A stretch of DNA of 64,000 nt from Dietzia sp. GTDB lineage: Bacteria > Actinomycetota > Actinomycetes > Mycobacteriales > Mycobacteriaceae. The stretch spans positions 5,709 through 69,708 of the forward strand of contig JBKBRA010000010.1 in NCBI GenBank assembly GCA_046292305.1, in the 5' to 3' direction. Position 1 is the stretch's first letter, and each line of letters opens with the position of its first letter. This document shows, one piece after another, positions 56,101 to 64,000 of the stretch. Position numbers and translations under genes: made by a program. Under the pieces are notes generated by a model, which saw only the letters and a program-made list of their open reading frames with translations, was not told where the DNA came from and made no database searches.

Positions 56101-56232
56101 GTTGGAGGCGTCATAGGAGTACTCGGCCACCCGGCGGGGGTCGGCCTCGGGCGACAGGCCCGCCTCGACGAGGGCGCCGACCAGCGTCCCCGTCTGTCCG
56201 GGAGCGGGCGGCGCGGAGACGCGGGAGGTCAT
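53158..56232 (-). CDS. FAD-binding/Fe-S oxidoreductase (YdiJ-like 2-hydroxyacid dehydrogenase)
   Basis: YSYDASNY, RGGGTSMAG, GSEGT, GSLSGEHGDG, CLACKAC..CP and CCG domains. Confidence 0.9.
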   Translation of the reverse strand: MTSRVSAPPAPGQTGTLVGALVEAGLSPEADPRRVAEYSYDASNYRVTPLAVVFPTCEQEVATALAVCHRLGVPATVRGGGTSMAGNAIGTGLVLDLSRNMTRVLAVDEAGRSVTAEAGSVLTDLRAAVHAATDDRLTFAPDPSSQSRACLGGAIGNDACGNHSVRHGRTADHVVSLRIVTADGLRLTATRSGIEATDPSDAAATARADHLEAQLRDLAADHLAAIRTELGRLPRQVSGYHLRHLLPEEGFDVARSLVGSEGTCAVVTAATMRAVPRSARTGLLVVGYADVVDAARDVPAILRHHPTAVEGIDEVIVETMRERRGADAVAALPAGWAWLFVELDDNADAASGASAGTLDDRVAGLAAELTGDGHAVEALVVTDPVARADLWRVREDGAGLSSRLTDPATGATIESWPGWEDSAVAPERLADYLDDFRGLLGRHGLTGVMYGHFGAGCMHIRISFDLRSEEGRGVMRAFCTDAAHLAVSHGGSLSGEHGDGRARSELLPVMYSPEMLDTFARFARIWDPSGILAPGGLTATRPLDADLALAGVGRRDLGLLTSADGAHPVQACIGVGRCRTSTGGVMCPSFRATGDEKDSTRGRARVLQEVVRGTLPIDDPAVEESLELCLACKACSSDCPTGVDMATFKSEALHRRYRRRVRPLAHYSLGLLPLWLRGTARAARPLNAVLGTRTGRAAARLGGLATDRTLPRFTSAAELRSELARVPDSVWAIRDQGRPEGRTSAEIVLFLDSFTRGLRPAVAGAAARVLGGVHTSVACSAGHCCGLTHVTTGRLGAARRTMGATARHLDAIRGPDGGEVPVVVVEPSCAATLREDLPRLLADTPDAETARRVAARIRSAADHLGRLAGEGRAPSWPGGSAPDRVTVQTHCHEYATFGNRVQRATLTALGVGSVREATGCCGVAGDFGFTAGHEAVTAAVAEQALAPALRADPDAPVLTDGFSCATQVGHLGATDPTTGSGRTGHHLFELLDPDPVHRTELDHRTEPAHRTDHRTDAAPTRRPL

Positions 56233-57518
56233 GCGGCCCCGTCGCACACCCGGTGGACCGCTCGGGAGAACCGCTCGACGCCGGCGTCCACCTCGTCCGC
56301 TGTCACCACGAGGGCCGGGATGAGGCGCACCACGGAACCCGTGGGTCCGCAGGTGAGGGTGAGCAGGTCCTCGTCGATGCACGCCTGCTGCACGGCGCCG
56401 GCCAGGCGCGCGGCCTCCACCGCACCTGCACTGCCGGCGGGCGCGGTGGGGTCGCCGAACTCGACGCCCAGCATGAGCCCGGTCCCGCGGATGTCGCAGA
56501 TCTCGCCCACGTCGCCGAGGCTACGCCGCAGGCCCTCGAGGAGCTGGGTTCCGCGCTCGGCGGAGTTGGCCACCAGGCCCTCCCTCTCGACCACTCCGAG
56601 GGTCGCCACGCCCGCCGCGGCCGCCACGGCGTTGCCGCCGTAGGTGCCACCCTGGGAGCCGGGCCAGGCCTTGGCCATGATCGCCTCGGGCGCGGCGATC
56701 GCGGAGATGGGGAAGCCCGAGGCGATCCCCTTGGCGGTGATGATGATGTCCGGGACGAGCCCGTCGGTGTGCTGGTGGCCCCAGAAGCGGCCGGTCCGCC
56801 CGATGCCGGCCTGGACCTCGTCGAGCACGAGCAGGGCGCCGATCCGGTCGGCGCGATCGCGCAGTCCCTGCAGGTAGCGCGGAGGGGTGGCCATGTAGCC
56901 GCCGTCGCCGAGCACCGGTTCGATGAGGAACGCGGCCACCTCGCGGGCGTCGACCCGGGAGGCCATCAGGTAGTCCAGCTCGGCGAGCGCGAAGTCGATC
57001 GCGTCGTCCTCGCTCCACCCGTGTCGCAGGGCGTGCGGGAACGGGGTCATCACCACCCCGCCCATGAGGGGGGAGAAGCCGGCGGAGAAGCGAGTGCCGG
57101 CGGTGGTGAGGCTCGCGGCGGCCACGGTCCGGCCGTGGAAGCCGCCCTGGACGGTGACGATGTTGGGCCGGCCGGTGGCCATGCGGGCGAGCCGGACCGC
57201 GGCCTCGACCGCCTCGGATCCGGAGTTGGCGTAGAAGACCGAGTCGATCCCCTCGGGGAGGTGCTCGCCCAGCTTCTCCGTCAGCTCCAGCAGCGGTTGG
57301 TGCATGACGGTCGTGTACTGCGCGTGGATGATCTTCCCGCACTGCTCCCGCGCGGCCTCGACCACGTCGGGGTGGCAGTGCCCGGTGCTGGTCACGCCGA
57401 TGCCGGTGGTGAAGTCGAGGTAGGCGCGGCCGTCCGTACCGTGGATCCACGAGCCGAGTGCGTGGTCCACCACGACGGGTGTGGCCTGCTTGAGGTGGGG
57501 CGACAGATGCGCGGTCAT
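56229..57518 (-). CDS. Class-III aminotransferase (GABA aminotransferase-like)
   Basis: NSGSEAVE, GFHGRT, DEVQAG.GRTG, AKG and GGTYGGN motifs. Confidence 0.9.
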   Translation of the reverse strand: MTAHLSPHLKQATPVVVDHALGSWIHGTDGRAYLDFTTGIGVTSTGHCHPDVVEAAREQCGKIIHAQYTTVMHQPLLELTEKLGEHLPEGIDSVFYANSGSEAVEAAVRLARMATGRPNIVTVQGGFHGRTVAAASLTTAGTRFSAGFSPLMGGVVMTPFPHALRHGWSEDDAIDFALAELDYLMASRVDAREVAAFLIEPVLGDGGYMATPPRYLQGLRDRADRIGALLVLDEVQAGIGRTGRFWGHQHTDGLVPDIIITAKGIASGFPISAIAAPEAIMAKAWPGSQGGTYGGNAVAAAAGVATLGVVEREGLVANSAERGTQLLEGLRRSLGDVGEICDIRGTGLMLGVEFGDPTAPAGSAGAVEAARLAGAVQQACIDEDLLTLTCGPTGSVVRLIPALVVTADEVDAGVERFSRAVHRVCDGAA

Positions 57519-57545
57519 GGGGCCAGTCTGTGACCGACCCGGGCA

Positions 57546-57559
57546 GATTGTCAACAATC
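57546..57559. promoter_or_regulatory. Second GntR-type operator GATTGTCAACAATC
   Basis: One mismatch to the 48471 palindrome; in the divergent promoter region. Confidence 0.75.
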
Positions 57560-57604
57560 CGACGATCTGTGGGGGTCCCGACCCGAGCGCGATACGGTGT
57601 GTCC

Positions 57605-58594
57605 ATGACGCAGCCGCACCGGGACCCGGGCGCCCGACCGACAGTCGTCCTCCTCACCGCCGACGGCGTCGTCCCGCCCACCCACCTCGATGAACTCAGA
57701 GAACTCGCCGATGTCCGTGAGTGCACCGCCGACACCCTGGCCGGGGCGCTGCCGGGCGCCGAGGTGCTGCTCGTGTGGGACATCTTCTCCGACGCCCTGG
57801 CCTCCGCCTGGCACGCCGCGGATTCACTGCGGTGGGTCCACGTGGCCGCAGCCGGGGTGGACAGACTGCTGTTCGACGGGCTGCGGGACTCGGACGTCCT
57901 GGTCACCAACGCCCGCGGCGTGTTCGACGGGCCCATCGCCGAATACGTCCTGGCCTGCGTCCTCGCACACGACAAGCAACTGCACCAGACCGAGGCGCTG
58001 CAGCGCGCCGGTGTGTGGCGCCACCGCGAGACCACGCGCGTGGCGGGACGCCGCGCGCTCGTCGTGGGGACCGGGGGGATCGGCCGGGCCACCGCGCGAC
58101 TGCTCCGGGCGGTGGGCCTGGACGTCCGTGGGGCGGGACGCCGACCATCCGACGACGACGAGGACTTCGGCGTCGTCCTGGACTCGGCCCGACTGGTCGA
58201 GCACCTGGGGGGGATCGACCACCTGGTCATGGTGGCCCCGCTGACCGAGGCGACCCACGGGATGCTCGGAGTCGCCGAGTTGGCCGCGCTGCCGGACGGC
58301 GCCCACGTCATCAACGTCGGCAGGGGGCAGTTGGTGGACCAGGACGCCCTCACGCGGGAGATCGCCGCGGGCAGGCTCTCGGCGCACCTGGACGTCCTCG
58401 TCGTCGAACCGCTCCCCGACGGCGACCCGCTGTGGGCCCTCGACGGTGCGCACGTCAGCCCCCACATGTCGGGGGACGTGGTGGGGTGGCGGGACACCCT
58501 CTCCGCGCAGTTCCGCGACCACCTGCGCACGTGGGCGCTCGGCGGCGAGCCCGGCCCGGTGGTCGACAAGAGCCGGGGGTACGTCAGCGGCTGA
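57605..58594 (+). CDS. D-2-hydroxyacid dehydrogenase
   Basis: AAGVD, TNARG, GTGGIG, INVGRG, LDV..EPLP and SPHMSG motifs. Confidence 0.9.
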   Translation: MTQPHRDPGARPTVVLLTADGVVPPTHLDELRELADVRECTADTLAGALPGAEVLLVWDIFSDALASAWHAADSLRWVHVAAAGVDRLLFDGLRDSDVLVTNARGVFDGPIAEYVLACVLAHDKQLHQTEALQRAGVWRHRETTRVAGRRALVVGTGGIGRATARLLRAVGLDVRGAGRRPSDDDEDFGVVLDSARLVEHLGGIDHLVMVAPLTEATHGMLGVAELAALPDGAHVINVGRGQLVDQDALTREIAAGRLSAHLDVLVVEPLPDGDPLWALDGAHVSPHMSGDVVGWRDTLSAQFRDHLRTWALGGEPGPVVDKSRGYVSG

Positions 58595-58627
58595 CCGGCC
58601 GCTCCTCCGGCGGCCGGTCGGCCGCTC

Positions 58628-59539
58628 CTACGGGGCGTCGAGCCCCAACCCGAGGGCGGCCTCGGTGAACGCCCCGACGAAGGCGTGCAGGGGTCGGCGC
58701 CGGGCGTCCCGCTCGCGGTAGGCGATGGACACGGTCCTGGTGAGGGCGTCGCTCAGCGGTAGCACGTCGACGTCCGCGGGGGAGGTGCTCAGCCCGAGGT
58801 CGGAGGCCAACGTCACGCCGAGGCCGGCGGCGACGAGTGCGAGTGCCGTCGACTGCTCACCGGCCTCGTGACGGATGTCCGGTTCGAACCCGGCCTCCCG
58901 ACACGCGATCCTCACCGCCCTGCCGAAGTGCGATCGCGGGTGGGCCAGCACCCAGGATTTGCCCTCGAGGTCGCGCAACGACACCTCGCGGGCGTCGATC
59001 GACCCGCGGGGGGCCACGAGGTGCAGTGTTTCCACGGCGATGGGCGTCCGGGTGAGTTCGGGGACCCGAGCCATCGGGTAGCTGGAGTAGTCCAGGACGA
59101 AGGCCAGGTCGAGCGAACCGTCCCGGACCGCGCCCGTGGTGTCCTCCGGGGCGAGCTCGCGGCTTCGCACCTCGATCCCCGGGTGGTCCCGCGCGAGCAC
59201 GTGGATCCCGGCAGGCAGGAGTGTCGAGGCCACCGACGCCCACACCCCCGCCGTGAGAGTGGTCCCGACGCCGGCTCGCGCCGATTCCATGGCGTGTCCG
59301 GCGTCCTCCACCGCGGCCAGGATGGTCTCCGCGTGCCCCGCCAGGACCAGCCCGGCCTCGGTGAGTCCGATCCGACGGCCGCGCCGCTCGAACAGCGGGG
59401 TCCCCGCCTCCCGTTCGAGCAACGCGAGCTGTTGCGACACCGCGGAGACCGTGTAGTCCAGGGCTCCGGCGACCGCGGTCACGGTCCCGCGCCGCTCCAG
59501 CTCGCGGAGCAGTCTGAGTCGGTGTAGTGACGGCTCCAT
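58628..59539 (-). CDS. LysR transcriptional regulator
   Basis: LDYTVSAVSQQLALLEREAG..LFER..LTEAG HTH. Confidence 0.92.
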   Translation of the reverse strand: MEPSLHRLRLLRELERRGTVTAVAGALDYTVSAVSQQLALLEREAGTPLFERRGRRIGLTEAGLVLAGHAETILAAVEDAGHAMESARAGVGTTLTAGVWASVASTLLPAGIHVLARDHPGIEVRSRELAPEDTTGAVRDGSLDLAFVLDYSSYPMARVPELTRTPIAVETLHLVAPRGSIDAREVSLRDLEGKSWVLAHPRSHFGRAVRIACREAGFEPDIRHEAGEQSTALALVAAGLGVTLASDLGLSTSPADVDVLPLSDALTRTVSIAYRERDARRRPLHAFVGAFTEAALGLGLDAP

Positions 59540-59688
59540 GGCCCCGAGCGTAGGGCCTGACCGGGGACAGTGCAGAAAAAGTGAACGGTCGGGTCCAGCG
59601 ATTCTCGCTGGACCGGGACCCGTGCGCACTCCCATGCTTGAGGGACCCCGCAGCAGAGTCGGGGAGAGGCGCTGAGGAGGCGAGCACC

Positions 59689-60924
59689 ATGACATCCATC
59701 GAGATTCCGGGTTTCACTGCGACAACCGGGTCGGCACCGGTGGCCGTGCCGGCTCCACCCGCGGCGGGGTCCGCCACCCGTGAGCCGTACCTGAGGCTGC
59801 ACTGGAAAGACGACATCACCGGCGCCCGCGGCTTCCTCGTCGTGGACACCCTCGTCGGTGGCCTGGCCACCGGTGGGACCAGGATGCGGGCGGGCTGCAC
59901 CCTCGGGGAGGTGGAGGACCTGGCCCGCGGCATGACCCGCAAGACCGCGGCGTTCGACCTACCCGTCGGCGGCGCCAAGGGCGGAATCGACTTCGATCCC
60001 AAGGATCCCCGCGCAGTCGAGGTGCTGTCCCGGTTCTGCGAGGCGATGCGCCCGTTCCTCGACCGCCACTGGGTCACGGCCGAGGACCTGGGCGTACCGC
60101 AGCATCTGATCGACCAGGTCTTCGCCGGGCTGGGGATGCGGCAGTCCTACCACGCCGCCATCGAGCGCTCGGACGATCCCGCCGCGACCGCCGGACGCAT
60201 CTTCCGCGGCCTCACCGCCGAGGTCCCGGGCGGGCTGCTCGGCGACGTGATCGGCGGGTACGGGGTGGCGCAGGCCTGCCTGGCCGCCGCGTATGTGCGC
60301 GGCTGGGACGTCGGACGCACCACCGTCGCGGTCCAGGGCGTGGGCACGATGGGCGGCGCCGCGGCCTGGTATCTGCACGAGGCCGGGATGACGGTGGTGG
60401 CGGTCGCCGACGCCGCCGGGACGCTCTACGACCCGGCGGGACTCGACATCCCCGCGCTTCTGGCCACCCGCGACCGCTTCGGTGAGATCGATCGCGAGGC
60501 CGTCCCCGCCCGGGTCCAGCGGCTGGGGCGTGACGAGATCATCGGGATGGACGTCGACGTCCTGGTCCCCGCCGCGGTCTCGTACGCGATCACCGCGGAC
60601 AACTGCGCGTCCGTCACGGCACCGATCGTGGTGGAGGCAGCCAACGCCGCCACCACCATCGACGCCGAGCTCGATCTGACGGCTCGCGGGATCGCGGTGC
60701 TGCCGGACTTCGTGGCCAACGCCGGCGCCGTGGCCTGGGCCTGGTGGCTGATCCTCGGTGAGGTCGACGACCAGCCCGGGACCTCGTTCCTGCGGCTCAG
60801 CCGCGAGATGACGGCCAAGGTGGCGGACCTGCTCACCACCTGGACCCCCGCGGACGGGCCGGTGCGCTGGACTGCCGACGTCTCGCACCTGGTTCGTGAG
60901 GTCCCGACGGTCATGGTGCCCTGA
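59689..60924 (+). CDS. Glu/Leu/Phe/Val dehydrogenase
   Basis: GGTRM, GGAKGG, VAVQGVGTMG, VEAAN and PDFVANAG motifs. Confidence 0.88.
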   Translation: MTSIEIPGFTATTGSAPVAVPAPPAAGSATREPYLRLHWKDDITGARGFLVVDTLVGGLATGGTRMRAGCTLGEVEDLARGMTRKTAAFDLPVGGAKGGIDFDPKDPRAVEVLSRFCEAMRPFLDRHWVTAEDLGVPQHLIDQVFAGLGMRQSYHAAIERSDDPAATAGRIFRGLTAEVPGGLLGDVIGGYGVAQACLAAAYVRGWDVGRTTVAVQGVGTMGGAAAWYLHEAGMTVVAVADAAGTLYDPAGLDIPALLATRDRFGEIDREAVPARVQRLGRDEIIGMDVDVLVPAAVSYAITADNCASVTAPIVVEAANAATTIDAELDLTARGIAVLPDFVANAGAVAWAWWLILGEVDDQPGTSFLRLSREMTAKVADLLTTWTPADGPVRWTADVSHLVREVPTVMVP

Positions 60925-60930
60925 CCGCCC

Positions 60931-61917
60931 TCAGCTCCCCGGCCGTCTCGACGAACGGCACCGGTCGAACGTCTCGCGGGCGCGGGCCCAGGACTGCTTC
61001 CCCAGTTCGATGTGGTCGGTGAGCATGTACACAGCGACGAGACGCTGGTGGGCCCAGGCGCGGTCGAGCAGTCCGTCGTCCAGCGGTCCGCGGTACCGCG
61101 CCAGCACGTCGTCGACGAACTGGGGCCCGTACTCGAACAGTTCGGCGAAGTCGATGGCGGGGTCACCGACGCACATGTCGGCGAAGTCGATCAACCCGAG
61201 ACGGCCGGGCGTCGTCGGCGACATCCCGGTCGCGACGGCGCGGCCCGGTTCCCAGAACAGGTGGGAAGAGTAGACGTCACCGTGCAGGAACACCGGGGTC
61301 ACGGGATCATCGAGCAACTCGTCCAACCCGTCGAGGACCGCGTGTACCTCCCGCATCTCGTCGGTGGTGAGTCGCGACGGCAGCTCCCCGGTGGCGATCT
61401 CACGAAGGTGGTGGCGGTCCTCGGGCGGCCACGCCGGAGGCAGTAGATCCAGCGGTGGCGTCGAGGTGTCCTGTCGGTGCAGCTCGGTGAGTAGTCCGCC
61501 GAGCCGATCGGTGATCGTCGCGACGTCGGATCGGGGGAGAGTCTCAAGCACCCCGGGTGTCAGCCGGCTGCCGCGGATGGTGGGGTAGCCCCCGAACACC
61601 GGGTCGCCGTGGCCGGCGGAGATGTACTCCCTGTGTGAGTAGCGCGGAACCGACACCTCGACGAGTGGGGCCACCAGGTCCAGTGCGGCGACCTCGATCT
61701 CGAGCAGCGGTGCGTACTCGTCGTCGGGGAAGCGGAAAACCAGGTCGGCGTGGCCGAGCGAGTCCGGGCCGGAACATCCGCCCAGCAGGAGCACCACGTG
61801 GTCCCAGCCCTCCGTGACGCGCTGGGCGGTGCGCCAGCTCAGCCGGGGGTAGTGGAGTCGGAGGAGGTCGAGTTCGGCCTGGTCCGACGGCCCTGGCACG
61901 GTCTCGTCGTCCCGCAT
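60931..61917 (-). CDS. APH-family phosphotransferase (paralog 2)
   Basis: EGWDH, LVFRFP, FLHGDVYSSH and LIDFADMCVGDPAIDF motifs. Confidence 0.85.
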   Translation of the reverse strand: MRDDETVPGPSDQAELDLLRLHYPRLSWRTAQRVTEGWDHVVLLLGGCSGPDSLGHADLVFRFPDDEYAPLLEIEVAALDLVAPLVEVSVPRYSHREYISAGHGDPVFGGYPTIRGSRLTPGVLETLPRSDVATITDRLGGLLTELHRQDTSTPPLDLLPPAWPPEDRHHLREIATGELPSRLTTDEMREVHAVLDGLDELLDDPVTPVFLHGDVYSSHLFWEPGRAVATGMSPTTPGRLGLIDFADMCVGDPAIDFAELFEYGPQFVDDVLARYRGPLDDGLLDRAWAHQRLVAVYMLTDHIELGKQSWARARETFDRCRSSRRPGS

Positions 61918-61964
61918 GGCCCCATGGTTCCACGGGATGCTGACGCAGACCGCGTTATCGCTGT

Positions 61965-62690
61965 TCAGGCCTCGGGTTCGGCGGCCGCTGCCGCGTTCTC
62001 CTCGGAATCCCCGTTGCCCTTGCCGATGGCGGTGTGCAGGCGCGCCCGGCGAGGGGAGTCGTCGGTGCCCAGCAGGAGGTCGATGGTCAGGCCGAGCCGG
62101 CTGTTGACATCGGCGGCCGACGACCGCCTGGTGAGCCATGAGACGAGGTTCGACATCCACACGTCCGAGACCACGCGGGCGATCGAGAGCTGGACCTCGT
62201 CCGGCTCCCCCTCGGCCATGGCCCGGGCGATGATCCGGTCCATGTGGAAGCCCACCTCCTCGACCTCGTTGGCCACGGAGGCGTCGGCGAACATGAACGC
62301 CCGGGTCATGGCCTCGGTGAGGTTGGGGTCGCGCTGCATGGACTTGGTGATCATGTCCACCACGACCTTCATGCGCTCCTGTGCGGTGTCCCCGGGCGGG
62401 GCCGAGCGCTCGGTGCGCTGGTCCAGGCGGCGGAACTCGCGGGCCAGCGCCGAGACCAACAGGTGGACCTTCGAGGGGAAGTAGCGGTAGAGCGTGCCCA
62501 CCGCCACCTCGGCCTTCTCGGCCACGGCACGCATCTGCACCGCCTCGTACCCGCCCTTCGCGGCCAGGGCCAGCGTGGCGTCGAGGATACGGCGACGGCG
62601 CTCCCGCTGCGACGAGGTGCTGGGTTCGTCACCGCGGGGCGCTGAGTCAGACGCGGCAGGACCTGAACCGGTCTCGGTCGACTTGGTCAT
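61965..62690 (-). CDS. kstR: Cholesterol catabolism repressor KstR
   Basis: QRERRRRILDAT..GGYEAVQMRAVA..GTLYRYFPSKVHLLVSAL..LTEAMTRAF; divergent from fadE34. Confidence 0.95.
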   Translation of the reverse strand: MTKSTETGSGPAASDSAPRGDEPSTSSQRERRRRILDATLALAAKGGYEAVQMRAVAEKAEVAVGTLYRYFPSKVHLLVSALAREFRRLDQRTERSAPPGDTAQERMKVVVDMITKSMQRDPNLTEAMTRAFMFADASVANEVEEVGFHMDRIIARAMAEGEPDEVQLSIARVVSDVWMSNLVSWLTRRSSAADVNSRLGLTIDLLLGTDDSPRRARLHTAIGKGNGDSEENAAAAAEPEA

Positions 62691-62776
62691 GAGGCGAGCC
62701 TCCTGGGCTGGCGAGCGGCCGACGGGGGCCGGGTTCGGTGTTCACGTCCTGCTGGTGCATTCTAGAACACGGTTGT

Positions 62777-62790
62777 TAGAACACGTTCTA
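62777..62790. promoter_or_regulatory. KstR operator TAGAACACGTTCTA
   Basis: Matches TnnAACnnGTTnnA; a related TAGAACAC half-site lies at 62763. Confidence 0.85.
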
Positions 62791-62856
62791 CTATGGGGGA
62801 GTGCGCCGGTCCGCGGACCCGCGCCGGTTCGAACCCCGTCTCGACGAGGAGCCACC

Positions 62857-64000
62857 GTGAGCATCGCCACCACCCCGGATCAGACCGAGATCCAGAACTC
62901 GATCAAGTCCTGGGCGAAGTCCGTCGATCCCGTGGACACAGTACGCGCCCAGGAGACGGACCCGGACGCCTGGAAGGCGCATTGGCCGCAGTTGGCCGAG
63001 TTGGGGCTCTTCGGTGTCGCCGTCGCGGAGGAGCACGGCGGGGCCGGAGCCGAGATCGTCGACCTGGCCTGCATGCTCGAGGAGGCCACCGCCCGGATGG
63101 CCCCGGGCCCGATCCTGTCGACCGCACTCGCCGGCGTCCTGGTCTCGCGTGCCGGGGGTGCAGTGGCCTCCGCGCTGGGCGAGACCATCGCCGAGGGCGG
63201 GCTGCCCGTGGGCGTGTGTCTGGGCTTCGGGGTCCCCACCCTCGACGGCTCGGGGGAGGTGACCGGCGACCCGGGCGTCGCCTACGGCGGAACCACGGGC
63301 GGCGGGATCCTCCTGCCCGTCGAGGTGGACGGGCAGACCCGGTGGGCCCTCCTCGACGGGGACCTCGAGGGGCTCACCGTGACCCCCGCCACCCCGTACG
63401 ACCTGTCGGCCTCCATCGGTCACGTGTCCCTGGAGGGCGTGCGGATCCCGGCGGACCGGATCCTCGAGGGCATCACCACGGACTCCGTCCGGCAGCTCTT
63501 CGTGACCCTGGCCGCCGCCGAGGCCGCCGGGGTCGCCGACTACGCGCTCACCACGGCCGTCGAGTACGCCAAGATCCGCGAACAGTTCGGCCGCACCATC
63601 GGGTCGTTCCAGTCCATCAAGCACCTCGCGGCCGACATGCTCTGCCGCACCGAGCAGGTCCGGGCCCTGGCCTGGGACGCCGCGGTCGCCGCCGAGGACC
63701 TCGGGGCCGACTCCTCCGAACTCCCCGTGGCGGCCGCGGTCGCCGGAGCCCTGGCCTTCGACAACGCCGTCACGAACTCCCAGGACTGCATCCAGATCCT
63801 CGGCGGGATCGGCTTCACCTTCGAGCACGAGGCGCACTTCTACATGCGCCGGGCGGGCGCGCTGCGGCAGGCGATCGGCGGGGCCGCCCGCTGGCGCCGC
63901 CTCCTGGCAGAGCTCACCCTGGCCGGCAGGCGCCGACATCTCGAGATCGACCTGACGGAGATCGACGGGATCGACGCCAGGCGCGAGGAGATCAGGGCCC
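62857..64000 (+). CDS. fadE34: Acyl-CoA dehydrogenase FadE34/ChsE3 (partial, runs off the right edge)
   Basis: GTG after GAGGAG; W..LAELGL, YAKIREQFGRTIGSFQSIKH and IQILGGIGFTFEH motifs; syntenic with kstR. Confidence 0.85.
   Translation, partial: MSIATTPDQTEIQNSIKSWAKSVDPVDTVRAQETDPDAWKAHWPQLAELGLFGVAVAEEHGGAGAEIVDLACMLEEATARMAPGPILSTALAGVLVSRAGGAVASALGETIAEGGLPVGVCLGFGVPTLDGSGEVTGDPGVAYGGTTGGGILLPVEVDGQTRWALLDGDLEGLTVTPATPYDLSASIGHVSLEGVRIPADRILEGITTDSVRQLFVTLAAAEAAGVADYALTTAVEYAKIREQFGRTIGSFQSIKHLAADMLCRTEQVRALAWDAAVAAEDLGADSSELPVAAAVAGALAFDNAVTNSQDCIQILGGIGFTFEHEAHFYMRRAGALRQAIGGAARWRRLLAELTLAGRRRHLEIDLTEIDGIDARREEIRA

Noticed and set aside
62800-62850. GGTTCGAACCCC T-loop-like sequence suggesting a tRNA
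   Set aside because: No acceptor, D or anticodon arms can be built; it lies in the fadE34 leader

Overview
High-GC chromosomal segment of a mycolic-acid actinobacterium (Mycobacteriales). Dietzia-like is my inference from gene order and protein style. The window follows the conserved backbone seen in M. tuberculosis Rv3610c-Rv3573c: ftsH-folEPBK, DUF3180/DUF6779, panG-like/panC/panD/coaX, lysS, clpC, mhuD, mutY, carbonic anhydrase, disA, lpqE, carD-ispD-ispF-cysS-rlmB and kstR/fadE34. Accessory blocks interrupt it: (i) an ECF41 sigma factor with a TGG>TGA nonsense codon and a near-consensus ECF41 promoter in front of a DUF1059 gene; (ii) a sulfur module with two McbR-type TAGAC-N6-GTCTA boxes, a Cys-free rhodanese, a ROK regulator and ssuD-CBA; (iii) a lower-GC Tat-signal CHAP hydrolase with five ~66-aa repeats; (iv) tandem membrane paralogs; (v) a Zur-boxed His-rich Zn ABC importer; (vi) an uncharacterised GntR-controlled catabolic cluster, defined by a shared GATTGTCRACAATC operator and interrupted by an orphan response regulator/WhiB pair; (vii) two APH(2'')/Mph-like kinases. 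radA and lsr2 are absent from their usual positions. I see no rRNA, tRNA, CRISPR array, transposase or integrase. Most start codons were re-chosen by eye from the ORF track.
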